This document shows, one piece after another, positions 25,231 to 38,880 of a DNA stretch of 64,000 nt. Both the position numbers and the translations under genes were made by a program. The DNA is from Mobula hypostoma (Eukaryota), in the NCBI RefSeq assembly GCF_963921235.1, contig NC_086107.1, positions 102,302,001 to 102,366,000 of the forward strand, read 5' to 3'. Below the pieces are notes generated by a model, which was not told where the DNA came from, made no database searches, and saw nothing but the letters and a program-made list of their open reading frames with translations. The number at the start of each line of letters is the position of its first letter. Positions within the stretch are counted from its first letter, which is position 1.

Positions 25231-26861
25231 CATTCAAGCTCAAGTTTAATTGCCATTCAACTGTACACGAATACCCATGAATACAGCCAAACAAAATAGC
25301 GTTACTCTGGGGCTAAGTTGCAAAACACAGTACCCACAGTCACACACAGCACAAGGCACACGTAGTACATAGGATAGGAAGCCTATACAAGATATCAGTA
25401 CAATACAGTTACACAAAAAATACATATAGTCCAAGAATGTTGCAGCAGTCTGTAATCAAACTTAATACAGCTCATCTTCTGCCAAGCAACATTAGGGGGC
25501 AGCACCGACTCCTGCTTGCATGCCACGCCACACCCCTTTCATCCATTATCAGCCTCCCCACCATCAAGGCTGTTGTGTATTTAATATTTCAGTAATATTG
25601 TAAATATATTGTTCGTTTAAGCATATGTAAAAGTACATAAATGGCATATGTCATTACACCGCCACATCATAAATACGCATCTTCCTTGAAGTAAAAAATG
25701 AAGTTACACTCTTACTCCCGGCTCCATGTTTTCCTTTCCATTGGTTTTTGTTTTTGAGTTACAAAGCATTACAGTGGCAACGAGGAAATTTGAATGACTC
25801 CAAGATGACTACCTACCTTTTGAAGTGCAGCGAGATGTTCAAGTTTAAACAAAAGTGCAGCAAGACAGTAGAGTTTTAAAAAAAATGCAGAAAGCAGAAG
25901 GATTCACAGGATCATAATTTTTTTAAAAGGCAGAAATGGCTGGCTATATCAGAAAGATAGACATGTTTGATTACACAAAAGATAACTGACTGCTCTTTAC
26001 AGAACGAATTGAGTAGTATTTTGAAGCAAATGAAATGTCCAATGAGAAGCAAGTGCCAATTTTGCTGAATGCATTGGGTTTGTGTATTTTGATGTTTGAC
26101 TGCTCCGACCAAACCAGCCAAAATGAGCTTTAAGATCATAAGACAAAGGAGCAGAATTAGGCCAGTCAGTCCATCGAGCCTGTTTAGCAGATATTGTGAA
26201 AGTAATGCAGAACCAAAATAATTGTTGATTGCAAAATGCTTTAGGTTTCATAAGTGGAATCAAAAGGATTCCATTTCAACATATGTGGCTGAATTGAAGA
26301 GGTTGTCTGAGTATTGCCAGTTTGGTAATGGGCTTAATGATGTACCGTGAGTTCGTTTAGTTTGTGGAATCTTACAAGAAAGCATTCAAAAATGGCTCTT
26401 AACTGAAGCACAACTCACATTTAAAAAAGCAGCTGAAAATGCTGTATCAATGCAAACAGCAGATAGAGATGCAATTGAGTTGCAGACAGGAATAAAAGAA
26501 AATGAAGAAAATTGCAACATCTAGATGGAGGCAAATCTGGCAGAATAAATTTTGTTACTGTTCTGGCAGAGGCTCACATATACCAGATAAATACAGATTT
26601 AAAGCTGAAACTTGAAGGAAATGCAACAAAATAGGACACAAATAGCATGCTAGGCAGACAAAAAAAAAACAGACTGCACAGAGAAGAGAAAAAGATGAAG
26701 TCAGGTTGCAGTTTCAAAAGGAGCACTAATCTGCATGCTGTTGATGAAAAATCTGATAATGATGCGAGTGACACAGGACTGTGTAGCCTTGAGATTTACA
26801 ATGTGAAAACTAACAAGAGACAAGCAAACACCAGGAAATCTGCAGATGCTGGAATTTCAAG

Positions 26862-27687
26862 TGTGACGAAAAACCAAGTTATCAGAAGATTGATGCTAAT
26901 GACAGAGATAAGTGAGACAATGGAGAAACATTCAAAATGTTAATGAGAGAGGAGAGAGGGATAACGGAAAGAGACACCAGTCCGAAAATTTACAGACCAA
27001 TTGCTTTGAACCTGAACTGTTTGAAGTTTGATGGACAGGCGATACCCCAGCAGGGGGATAAAAAGAACAGGTTCGCTAAGGCAAGACAGACACCACGAGA
27101 TCACGAGACCCTGGAAGAGTGGTGTGCCCCCACAAGTTGGTGGGAGTTTGGAGGTCTGGTCGCGGGAACCGACCATAGACGCTCAGGGTGAAAAGGTACG
27201 ATCGGCGGGAACCTGGTGTGTGTGTCCGCCCTTGCCTGGGTGCCAGGTTCACCGTGGAAGAACGGTCATATCCGGAACGGAGGGGTCACAGTCAGTGACC
27301 ACAGAAGACATCAAAAGGGTTCGCCCAAAAGCTAACTGCGAAGAACAAAGGTCTGTCTGAATCAGATTTGCATATCATCCTCTCTCTCTCTCCCCCCAAC
27401 GGCACAACAGCGATTACTGCGAACTGTCCTAAGCTGAACTGAACTCTGCGTCACTTGAGACTGATCATTTTACCCCTAGACTGCGATAGAGCTTGTTTGA
27501 TTCCTATTACCCTAGTTCTGTGTACATGTGTGTTTTATCATTGCTAACCTGTTGCATTTATATCCTTACGATTAGAGTACTGTGTTACTTATTTCTTTAA
27601 TAAAACTTTCTTAGTTCCAGTAATCCAGACTCCAACTAAGTGGTCCATTTCTGCTGGTTTGGCAACCCAGTTACGGGGTACGTAACA
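26862..27687 (+). mobile_element. Solo LTR (826 bp), 4-bp TSD CAAG
   Basis: TGTGACG...CGTAACA termini, CAAG at 26858-26861 and 27688-27691, AATAAA near 27600. Confidence 0.9.
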
Positions 27688-27753
27688 CAAGCAACACACA
27701 TAAAAGTTGCTGGTGAACGCAGCAGGCCAGGCAGCATCTCTAGGAAGAGGTAC

Positions 27754-27789
27754 AGTTAACGTTTCGGGCCGAGACCCTTCGTCAGAACT
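27754..27789 (-). ncRNA. Hammerhead ribozyme motif copy
   Basis: AGUU-CUGACGA-A-GGGU(CUCG)GCCC-GAAAC-GUU-AACU. Confidence 0.7.
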
Positions 27790-30700
27790 AACTGAAAGAA
27801 GAGCTAGTAAGAGACAAGCAATATGGCTTACACTAGAAGTGAATGGCAAAGTAATTAAAATGGAGTTAGACACTGACTCAACTGTTTGTCATTCCACAAA
27901 ATGAGTTTGAACGGCATTTCAAAGATAATGAACTGAAGGCTGCAGATATCCAACTAAGAACTTATACTGGAGAAAAGACAACTCCTATGGGAATGATATA
28001 CATAACAGTGAAATATAACCAACAAGCCACATTGGGCTTGAATGTGGTAAAAACATTGTGGGAGTGTGATTGACTGAAACAACTATGACTTGATAGTAAA
28101 TCCATCCACCATTTGCATGCCACATCCTCTGTAAATTAAGAAAAGTACTGGATGGTGCCACGGCAGTGTTCAAGGATGCCATTGAAAAGCTCAAACATAT
28201 CAATGGTAAAATAGTTTAAAACGAAAGTACAAAACCCAACTTTTTGCAAAGCCTGTCCAGTTCGTTATACCATCTGTGATAAAGTAGCCAGTGAGCTGGA
28301 TTGCATGGAGGCTGAAGGAATTCTTTCCATAATTGGGCAATGCCAATGGTCCCAGTATCCAAGAGGAATAGGTCTGTCAGGGAACTGTGCTGATTTTAAG
28401 GTCTAGTAGTGAAAGTAGATCAATAACCTCTGTTCTAGATTGAGGACATCTCTACAAATCTTTCTGGAGGAAAACACTTCAATAAAGTGAACTTAGCTGA
28501 GGTCTACTGGAGATGGAAGAAGAGGCCAAAGCGTTTCTCACCATAGACACTCACACAGGGCTTTACTGCAATAACAGATTTATTTTTGGAGTAGCATCTG
28601 CACCTGCACTCTAGCATAAAGCTATGGATTAAGTGCTGCAAGGCTGCCCAGTCACTCAGCGTTACCTGGATAATATGATGTTACCGGCAAGGACGACACG
28701 GAACTTCTCCCAAATCTCAAGACCGAGTTAAAAAGATTAGAAGATTATGGACTCAGAATACGATGCAGAAAGTGTGAACTCTTTAAACCAAGCATCACGT
28801 ACTGTGGTCACACCATCGATGCATGATATTACACAAGTGTGTTGAGAAAATTCAAGCAGTGATGGATGCCCTGAGGCCAAAGGACGTGTCACAGTTGCGG
28901 TCCTTTAGGTTTTGCCAGTTACTGTAACAGGTTCCTGCCGAACCTCGCTACTGTGCTCCACCACTCGAACTCATTACTACAGATAGGGAAGAAATAGAAA
29001 TTGACAGTATTGTGAGGTGGCTTTCAAAATGGTAAAAAAAAAATGGTGGCATCAGACAGTGTATTCACACACTATGATTCATATCGTGAGGTGAAGCCTG
29101 CCAGGCATTGTTCAAGATGCCAACACATCCAGAAGAAAGATGTCGAGAGCTATCAGAACCACCTCCTGCAGTCCGAGAGTCAACTCCAACAACCACCACA
29201 GAGGAGGCCCCAGAACATGAGATTGTTTCACAGCCACAAGTCTGACCTGCCAAGCAGAGTGACCCCCTTTGTCAGGAATGAAGTTATCCCACAAGGGTAA
29301 GAAATTCTCCACAGAGGTTAAATCTTTAGACCTGAATGGGACAATTTAAAATTGACCACCAGGCTGCTGAAGTCTATATATAGTAGTTGTATTATACATT
29401 TTAGATTAAATTTAAGTTTATAGTTAAGCAGTAAAGTGTGTTCTGCATTTAATATTTTAGTAATATTTGAGTAATATTGTAAATATATTGTTTAAGCATT
29501 CTCAGTTGTTTACAAAATGCATTATATATGTAGCTGCCACCCCCCCACCAGGCAACGGCATCTTCAAAAGGCGATGTCTTAGAAGGCAGCATCCATCATT
29601 AAAGACAGCCACCACCCAGGACATGTCCTCTTCTCATTACTGCCAGAGAGGAGGTGCTACACATCCTCAAATGTTTTAGGAGTAATTTCTCCCCCTCTGC
29701 CATTTCACCCTTCTCCCTCTGAGATTGAAGGAGTGGGTTGCAGAGGTGCCCTGCCCTATATAAAAAAAAGACACACAAAGTCAGGTTACTGACAGAGTGC
29801 TCTTCTCAAGAAAGATCTGTTTATGTGCACCATGCCCCAATCAAAACAGCTTTCAGAGGACCTTAAAAGAATTGTAGAGATTTAAATTTTTCTCTACTAT
29901 ACTGTCTCCCTGGCTATGTAGAATTTTTAAGGATGCAGTATCTATAGGTAAATTACCACAATCTTTTTATCGAGCTTCTATTTCCCTAATTCTCAAAAAA
30001 GATAAGGATCCTACTGAATGTGCATCTTATAGACCCATATCTTTGTTGAATGTGGATTCTAAGACTTTTTCTAAAATATTGGCAATGAGATTGGAGAATG
30101 TATTGCCTCAAATTATTTCAGCTGATCAGACTGGATTTATCAAAAATCGTTACTCTTTTTATAATATTAGGAGATTAATATTGTTTATACTCCTTCACCC
30201 AGAACTCCAGAATGTGTCATTTCATTGGATGCTGAGAAAGCCTTTGATAGAGTCGAATGGACATATTTGTTTAATACACTTGAGAAATTTAATTTTAGTT
30301 CGATATTTGTACCTTGGATTAAATTGATATATCTTACTCCTTTGGCTTCGGTATTTACTAACAATCAAAGATCTCCCTTCTTTCATTTATTCCGTGGTAC
30401 TAGGCAGGGTTGCCCTCTTAGTCCACTACTATTTGACATTGCCTTGGAACCGCTAGCTATTGCTATTCATGACTCCCCTAATATATTTGGTATTACCCGT
30501 GGAAATGAGACACATAAATTATCACTATATGCAGATGATCTACTATTGTATATTTCTAACCCGGGGAAATCCATTCCAGCAGCATTAACTCTGCTTGCTC
30601 AGTTCAGTAGTTTTTCTGGTTACAAATAGAATCTTGATAAGAGTGAACTTTTTCCATTTATAGATGTTCACCATTCAGAGTGATTACTGATTACCTTACT

Positions 30701-31652
30701 TATTTGGGAGTTAAAATTGCTAAGAGACATAAGGATTTATTCAAGCTCAACCTTTTACCGTTAATTAGTCAGGTTAAACAACTGATTACTAAGTGGTCCC
30801 CATTGTCTCTATCGCTGACTGGCCAAATTAATGCTATTAAAATGATTATTTTACCTAAATTTTTATATCTATTCCAAGCGATACCAATTTTTATTCCTAA
30901 ATCTCTTTTTGATACTATCAATTCTAAAATTTCCTTTTATATATGACAGAATAAAAATCCCAGGTTAAGTAAAAAACTATTTACAGAAGTCCAAGAAAGA
31001 TGATGGTTTAGCATTGCCTAATCTAAGATTCTATTATTGGGCAATTAATATTCGATATTTAATATTTTGGACACAAGATTGGAATATAATTCCAAGTCCA
31101 CATTGGGTAAACTTTGGAAGGTTACTCTGTACAAGAGTTCTCTTTGGCTTCCATTTTAGGAACTTCACTTCCTTTTATATTATCTAAATTGAATAAACAA
31201 ATGGTTAATCCAATAATTAAACATACATTACAAATATGGTTTCAATTTCGTAAATTTTTTGGTTTGAACAAATTTATATTATCAAGCCCTATTATATCTA
31301 ATATTTTTCAACCCTCGGTTATGGATCAAGCCTCTTTGATATGGAAAATGAGAGGTATAACATGTTTTCGTGACTTATTTCTGAATAACTATTTCACATC
31401 TTTTGAACAGTTATCTAACACAGGGGTCCCCAACCTTTTTTGCACTGCGGACCGGTTTAATATTGACAATATTCTTGTGGACCGGCCGACCTGGGGGTGG
31501 TGAGTAGGGTTGCCAACAGACAAGAGTAGCAGTCAAATATGTTGTTTACCCCGAGAAAGACTACAATGACCATGAAGCCTTGCGCGGGCACCAGTGCGCA
31601 TGCGTGTACCTGCTGATTTTTTTCCCTGTAAATCGTTTTTGGCGATTCTGTT

Positions 31653-33010
31653 CATAGTCATAGTCATACTTTATTGATCCCAGGGGAAATTGGTTTTCGT
31701 TACAGTTGCACCATAAATAATAAATAGTAATAAAACCATAAATAGTTAAATAGTAATATGTAAATTATGCCAGGAAATGAGTCCAGGACCAGCCTATTGG
31801 CTCAGGGTGTCTGACCCTCCAAGGGAGGAGTTGTAAAGTTTGATGGCCACAGGCAGGAATGACTTCCTATGATGCTCTGTGTTGCATCTCGGTGGAATGA
31901 GTCTCTGGCTGAATGTACTCCTGTGCCCAACCAGTACATTACGTAGTGGATGGGAGACATTGTCCAAGATGGTATGCAACTTGGACAGCATCCTCTTTTC
32001 AGACACCACCGTCAGAGTCCAGTTCCATCCCCACAACATCACTGGCCTTATGATGAGTTTGTTGATTCTGTTGGTGTCTGCTACCCTTAGCCTGCTGCCT
32101 CAGCACACAACAGCAAACACGATAGCACTGGCCACCACAGACTCGTAGAACATCCTCAGCATCGTCTGGCAGATGTTAAAGGACCTCAGTCTCCTCAGGA
32201 AATAGAGTTGGCTCTGACCCTTCTTGTAGACAGCCTCAGTGTTCTTTGACCAGTCCAGTTTATTGTCAATTCGTATCCCTAGGTTCTTGTAATCCTCCAC
32301 CATGTCCACACTGACCCCCTGGATGGAAACAGGGGCCACCGGTACCTTAGCTCTCCTCAGGTCTACCACCAGCTCCTCAGTCTTTTTCACATTAAGCTGC
32401 AGATAATTTTGCTCACACCATGTGACAAAGTTTCCTACCGTAGCCCTGTACTCAGCCTCATTTCCCTTGCTGATGCATCCAACTATGGCACAGTCTTCAG
32501 AAAACTTCTGAAGATGACAAGACTGTGCAGTAGTTGAAGTCCGAGGTGTAAATGGTGAAGAGAAAAGGAGACAAGACAGTCCCCTGTGGAGTCCCAGTGC
32601 TGCTGACCACTCTGTCGGACACACAGTGTTGCAAGCACACGTACTGTGGTCTGCCAGTCAGGTAATCAAGAATCCATGACACCAGGAAAGCATCCACCTG
32701 CATCGCTGTCAGCTTCTCCCCCAGCAGAGCAGAGCGGATGGTGTTGAACGCACTGGAGAAGTCAAAAAACATGACCCTCACAGTGCTTGCTGGCTTGTCC
32801 AGGTGGGCGTAGACACGGTTCAGCAGGTAGACGATGGCATCCTCAACTCCTAGTCGGGGCTGGTAGGCGAACTGGAGGGGATCTAAGTGTGGCCTGACCA
32901 TAGGCTGGAGCAGCTCCAGAACAAGTCTCTCCAGGGTCTTCATGACGTGGGAGGTCAATGTCACCGGTCTGTAGTCATTGAGGCTGCTGGGGCGCGGCAT
33001 CTTCGGCACT
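31653..33010 (-). mobile_element. Young 5'-truncated Rex1/Babar LINE (RT)
   Basis: ORFs 32497..33036 and 32100..32624 (FFDFSSAFNTI, TGTPQGTVLSP); (GACTAT)n tail. Confidence 0.92.
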
Positions 33011-33169
33011 GGGGTGGGGGGGGGGGTGTTAATCACGACCGGAATATAGGTGGTAAGTGGCTAATATACTCAATTTTGTTTCTAAGAGGGTTTATCTAAC
33101 GAATTTAATATTAAATACACAGCGCATATTTTCCTCGCATGAATATAGTGATAAGTCAATTATCAGGGG

Positions 33170-33385
33170 AGCTTGAAGTAAGTGTTGAATGAACTTCCAG
33201 TAGAAGTGGTAGAGGCAGGTTCGATATTATCATTTAAAGAAAAATTGGATAGGTATAGGGACAGGAAAGGAATGAAGGGTTATGGGCTGCGTGCAGGTCG
33301 GTGGGACGAGGTGAGAGTAGTGTTCAGCACGGACTAGAAGGGCCGAGATGGCCTGATTCCATGCTGTAATTGTTATATGGTTATA
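33170..33385 (+). mobile_element. CR1 3' end inside the hAT element
   Basis: NELPVEVVEAG remnant and CR1 3' UTR; taagtcaat on both sides. Confidence 0.7.
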
Positions 33386-36300
33386 CAAGTAAGTCAATAG
33401 CATCATAACATTTTAAGTAACATTTGGATATTAGACACACAGTACATATTTTCCCCATATGAACATATAAAATCATTGTAACACACCAATATCGCTGAAT
33501 CAGTGGGAGCCCTGGACTTGTTTCCCTGCAACAACACGGTCCTATCGAGGGGTGATGGGAGACAGCGATACTCGAAGGGGGTTCCTTATGTCCAGTCTAT
33601 TCCGCAATTTAGTTTTCGTTGCATTCATTGCAGAAAACTCCACTTCGCAGAAAAATGTTGGAAATGGAAGCAACGTTTTCAGTGCTTTCATGGCTATTTC
33701 AGGATATTCAGCCCTGACTTTGATCCAGAATGCCGGCAGAGATGTTATGTCAAACATACTTTTCAGCCCGCCGTCATTTGCAAGCTTGAGGAGTTGATCT
33801 CCTTCCCGCGCTGACATGGATGACGTGCGGGTAATGACCTCGCGTGCGTAATGGCTCAACAGGGCACGACAGGGAATGAGGAAAGGTGCAGCTGACTCAT
33901 ATCGCCAAATCATAGCGTTTCCTCGCAGCCCGGTAGCTCACGCTTTGCGGCCCGGCACCGATCCGCGGCCCGGTGGTTGGGGACTGCTGATCTAATATAT
34001 TTAATTTGCTTCGATCCCATTTTTTTTAGATATTTACAAATAAGAAACTTTTTAAATACCACGCTGCCTACCTTCCCGATTTCATACCCTACTAATATTA
34101 TCGATAAAATTTTAGGTTTAAATCCCTTTCAGAAGGGATTAATAGCATCTATTTATGATATAATTATGAAATTACAGCCAGGTGTATCTGATAAAATTAA
34201 AAATGAATGGGAAAGGGAACTTCAACTTTGCCTACCTATAGAGAAATGGGATAAAATTTTTCAATTAGTTAGTTCTTCCTCTGTATATGCCAAACATTCG
34301 CTAATACAATTTAAAGTAGTGCATAGGACCCATATGTCTAAAGATAAATTAGCCCGTTTTTATTCCCATATAAACCCTATTTGTGACAGGTGTCACTCTG
34401 GGGTGGCTTCCTTAACTCATATGTTTTGGTCCTGTCCTCTTTTGGAAAAATTCTGGAAAGATACTTCTGATATTATCTCAACAGCTTTGCGTTTTGACTT
34501 ACAGCTCCATCCTATTATGGCAATTTTTGGTTTGCTGATGATAGAACATAGATTTTTATCCTCTTCAGCCTGTCAGATGATCGTATTTGTTACTTTAATG
34601 GCCAGAAGATCCACTTTATTGAACTGGAAGGAGATCAACCCTCCTACCACATTTCAATGGTTTTCCCAAACTATATCAGTTTAAATTTAGAAAAAAAATC
34701 AGAAGTTACATTTTTGATCCTTCGGTTAAATTTGAAGACACTTGGAAACCATTTATTCAACATTTTCATATGATGTAATTTGACCTTTCCGAATCCTTCT
34801 TATTAGCTTAAAATATATGAATAGAGGAGTGGTGTTGACGACATTATTGAACGTGTTCGATTTAAGATATTGGTCTAGCCTTGTTTTGTTCCGTTTGCTT
34901 TTTTTTTGGGGAGGTGTTAGTATTTAGTTTCTTTTTTTTGGGTTTTTCTTTGTATTTTTTTTCTTTTTATTTCTTTTTTCTCTATGATTAAGTATATTAA
35001 GAGTTTCGAACTGTATTACCTGTATTATTTGAAATCTTTTTTGTACATGTTTATCAACAATAAGATTATTCCAATCTCTGTATTAATATTGTTATTCTGT
35101 TTATAATTTTGGAAAACTAATAAAAAGATTTAAAAAGAAAGAAAGAATTGTAGAGATGCATGAAGCTGGAAAAGGCTACATAAGCATTTCTAAAGACCCG
35201 AGTGTTTGTCAGTCCACAATAAGAGAGATTATATACAAATGGAGGAAATTCAGTACTGTTGCTGCTGTCCCTCAGAATGGGCATCCTGCAAAGGTCACAC
35301 CAAGAGCACAAAGTGCAATGCTGAAGGAGGTGAAAAATAACCCAAGGGTAACAACAAAAGACCTGCAGAGATCTCTAGTACTTGCTAAAGTCTCTGTTCA
35401 TGTGGCCACTATAAGAAAAAACACTGAACAAGAATGGTGTTCATGGAAGGACACCACTAAGGAAACCACTGCTCTCCAAATAAAAAAAAACATTGCTGCA
35501 CATCTCAGGTTTGCAAAAGACCACCCGGATGTTCTGCAACACTTCTGGGACAATGTTCTGAGGACAGATGAGACAAAAGTTGAACTTTTTGGCAGAAATG
35601 CACATTGTTATGTTTAGAGGAAAAAGGGCACTGCACACTAACACCAAAACCTCATCCCACCAACTGTGAAGCATGGTGGAAGGAGCATCATGGTTTGGAG
35701 TTGCTTTACTGCCTCAGGGCCTGGACAGCTTGTAATCACTGAGGAAATGATGAATTCAAAGTCGTATCAAGCCATTTTGCAGGAGAATGACAGGGTAGTG
35801 GTCCGTCACCTGAAGCTTAATAGAAATTGGATAATGCAACAAAATAATGATCCAAAAGACAAAAGTAAATCAACAACAGAATAGTTTAAAAAAAAGAAAA
35901 TTTGTGTCTTAGAATGGCCGAGTCAAAGTTCTGACCTTAATCCTATAGAAATATTGTGGAAGAATCTAAAGCAAGCAGTTCATACAAGGAAGCCCACCAA
36001 CATCCCAGAGTTGATGCAATTTTGTAAGGAGGAATGGCCTAACATTCCTCCAAGCTGATGTGCAGGACTGATCAACAGTTACTGGAAATGATTGGTTGAA
36101 GTTATTGCTGTACAAGGGGGTCACCCCAGTTACTGAAAGCAAAGGTTCACATACTTCTTTCAACAAATGTGTAATATTGCATCATTTTTCTCAATAAATA
36201 TTTTTGTATTACTTATTTCATTGAGTTCTCTTTATTTAGTTTTAGGACTTGCGTGAAGATCTGATCACATTTTAAGTCATTTTATGCAGAAATAGAGAAA

Positions 36301-36769
36301 ATTCTACAGGGTTCACAAACTTTCTAACACCACTGTACCACTTACTGTGTTTAAAAAGAAGTCCCACAAATTTTCCTTAACTGCCCCCCCCATCGTAAAA
36401 CTCTGCCTATTATTATTCAACTTTCCATGCTGGAAAAGGTATCTATGTACACCTCTCACAGTTGTATCATGTCGGTTCTCAGCCTTCAACACACTCCAGA
36501 GAAAGCAACCCAGTTTGCCCAACTCCCCTTACAATTAAAGTGCATATATGTCACCATATACAACTCTGAGATTCATTTTGGTGACATGCATAGTCTGTCA
36601 TCACCAGTGAAAGGAAGTAGCAGGTTTTGTATAAATGTTCTTGTTCTTTTTATTTCACTGTTCTTCCGCGCCGGACAACCACCAAAATCTCACAAGCAGA
36701 ACACAATTCTGATGAGGGAATGGTATCTGATGGCTTCACTGCATCTGGTACTTTCTCCACATACTGATC

Positions 36770-37110
36770 AATGGATCAGGGGTTGAGAGGGTGAACAGCT
36801 TTAAGTTCCTTGGCATAAACATCACTTAGGATCTCATGTGGTCTGTCATACTGGCTGTGTGGTGCAAAAGGCACAACAGCTCCTCTTTCGCCACAGACGG
36901 TTTCGCCCCGACTGGCTGCATCACTGCCTGGTATGGGAACTGTACTTCCCTCAAATCACAGGACTCTGCAGAGAGTTGTGTGGACAGCCCAGCACATTTG
37001 TAGATGTGAACTTCCCACTATTCAGGACATCTACAAAGACAGGTGTGTAAAATGGGCCCGAAGGATCATTGGAGACGTGAGTCACCCCAACCACAAACTG
37101 TTCTTAACAC
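36770..37110 (+). mobile_element. Rex1-type fragment
   Basis: RVNSFKFLGI and LQRVVWTAQHI remnants. Confidence 0.7.
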
Positions 37111-37719
37111 TACACTCAGCTTCAGAGGGATAACATCCATGACTTAACACGCTGCCCCCAAACAACTTCACTGTATCTAAGAAAAAATCTTTAAATTACC
37201 AATTACTACTGGTTCAGAATCTATACTGAAAGTTAAACATTACTCTCACCTCTCAGTGCTGAATGATACAATAATGCATTCATGGATTTTGCTTAAATGT
37301 ATTTGCTGGTGTTTTGCATACATTTATAAAGAAATCTTTTAAATTTATTTACACATATTGCTCAGATCCATATCAGCCTCACTCATCTGACTAATTTTAT
37401 TCATTCTTACAGCAAAACTGTTTTCATTTTTACCTCAATATTATCTGGTGTGAATTCCCATGAAACCTCGTGTCTTTGCCTAATCTTTTCAACTGTAACT
37501 TGGGGATTTCAGTTGTTCTTGAATCAATGTTTGAATACTTCCTTTAATTGGACCCAATTTCGTCCTGCAGTCAAATCTCACATTAAAATCTGCAAGTTTT
37601 GTGGGATTGAAAATTTTAAAGTAAAAAATGGAAAATGCAGAAAATTAATTTAATCTGAAGAAATCATAAGCTGCACCGAGACAGGAAGGTTATAAGCTGT
37701 CCAGATAGAAGATGATGCG

Positions 37720-38200
37720 ATTAAACAAGGTAGGGTGCAGAAGAGATTCATGAGAATGTCACTGGGACTGGAAGGTACAAGTTACAGGGAGAGACTGGAA
37801 AGGCTAGGACTGTTTACCCCTAATCGAGGGAGGCTGAGGCGTGACTTTATGGAGGTCCATAAAGTCATTTAGGACCTAAGTAAGATTGTCACAACCTTTT
37901 TTCCAGGTGGGGGAGTCTAAAACTAGGGGGAAAAGGTTTAAAATGAGAAGGGAAAGATTTAAAGCAAACCTGAGGGGCAACTTTTTCCCACTTGGAGGAT
38001 GGTGAGTATATGGAATGAGCTGTTGAAAAATGGTGGTAGAGGCAGGTATAATTACAACATTTAGAAGTCATTTAGGCAGGTCTATGGATAGGAACTGCTT
38101 AAGAGCAAGGTGCAACAAATGGGCCTAGTTCAGGAAAATACCTTGGTAGGCACAAATGAGTTGTGCCAAAGGGCCTATTTCCAGGTTGTATAACTCTATA
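37720..38200 (+). mobile_element. CR1 3' fragment
   Basis: RVQKRFMRM, RLGLF, RRLRRD remnants. Confidence 0.75.
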
Positions 38201-38599
38201 ACAATGAGTGTCGTTGAGCATGGATGTTGTAGTTATCCATAGACTTTTCGTGGCAAGATACAGAAATAGATTGCCCAGGTTGGGACCAGGCTGGATTCCA
38301 ACTCAGGACCGTCCACCTTGAAGTCCGTTGCTGATGCTACTACACCACTGGCTGGCCCAACCATGAGCACTTTGTTCAATTATTCTTTTTACAACTGGTT
38401 AAATATATTGGCCTGGGGGGGTGGGGGGGGGGGAGGGGAGATCAAGAAGTCAATTAGTAAGTCTTTTCATTTCCCAACTGGAGTGGGAGTGGGATGGCCA
38501 GGCCTTCTGGCTTCGAGATGTTGTAAAAGAGCTTGGGAGGAGGTCAGGGAATTAAAGCGATAAGTACCTGAAACTGTGCGCACTAACTAGAGGTGTTTA

Positions 38600-38880
38600 T
38601 TTTATTATTTAATTTAGAGATACAATGCAGAGTCAGCCCCTCAAGCCACACTGCCCCTGCAACCCCTGATAAACCCAATTAACCTTAATCTAATTATGAG
38701 ACAATTTATAATGATCAATTAACCTACTGTGGGAGGAAACCTGAGTACCTGGAGAAAACCCACACAATCCAAGTGGAGGATGAAGAGACTCCTTACAGAC
38801 AGTGCCGGAATTGAACTCCAGACTCCGGAACACCCGAGCTGTAATAGTGTCGCTCTAACTGTTATGCTACTGTGGCACCC
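38600..38880 (-). mobile_element. tRNA-derived SINE (HE1/V-type)
   Basis: Minus-strand B box gagttcaattcc and gggttttctccaggtactcaggtttcctccc core. Confidence 0.7.

Larger units (their letters stand above)
26828..27808 (-). mobile_element. Solo Penelope terminal repeat inserted in Gypsy, 13-bp TSD, split by solo LTR
   Basis: TSD aagagacaagcaa at 26815-26827 and 27809-27821. Confidence 0.85.
25571..29530 (+). mobile_element. Decayed Ty3/Gypsy LTR retrotransposon
   Basis: 5' LTR TG..CA 25571-25773, PBS-like gtggcaacgagg, gag remnant, protease LEVNGKVIKMELDT, RT remnants, truncated 3' LTR from 29439; no integrase core seen. Confidence 0.85.
31421..33989 (-). mobile_element. Non-autonomous hAT (Charlie/Buster group) transposon
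   Basis: TIRs caggggtccccaacc / ggttggggactgctg; 8-bp TSD atctaaca/atctaata with central TA; C-terminal dimerisation domain FWIKVRAEYPEIAMKALKTLLPFPT. Confidence 0.9.
29882..35141 (+). mobile_element. 5'-truncated L1-clade LINE ORF2, 16-bp TSD
   Basis: YRPISLLNVD, DAEKAFD, GTRQGCPLSP, YADD, CCHC region CDRC..HMFWSC; A-rich tail; TSD aaagaattgtagagat at 29866-29881 and 35142-35157. Confidence 0.92.
29720..36335 (+). mobile_element. Tc1 transposon (pseudogenised transposase), split by L1
   Basis: ATG 29832 MPQSKQLSEDL; continues at 35142 with TDETKVELFG, VKHGGRSIMVW, DLNPIE; right end cactg|TA at 36335; left TIR not found. Confidence 0.9.

Noticed and set aside
33542..33913. Domesticated ZBED/SCAND3-like gene
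   Set aside because: Only the C-terminal fragment with a stop, lying between TIRs and TSD
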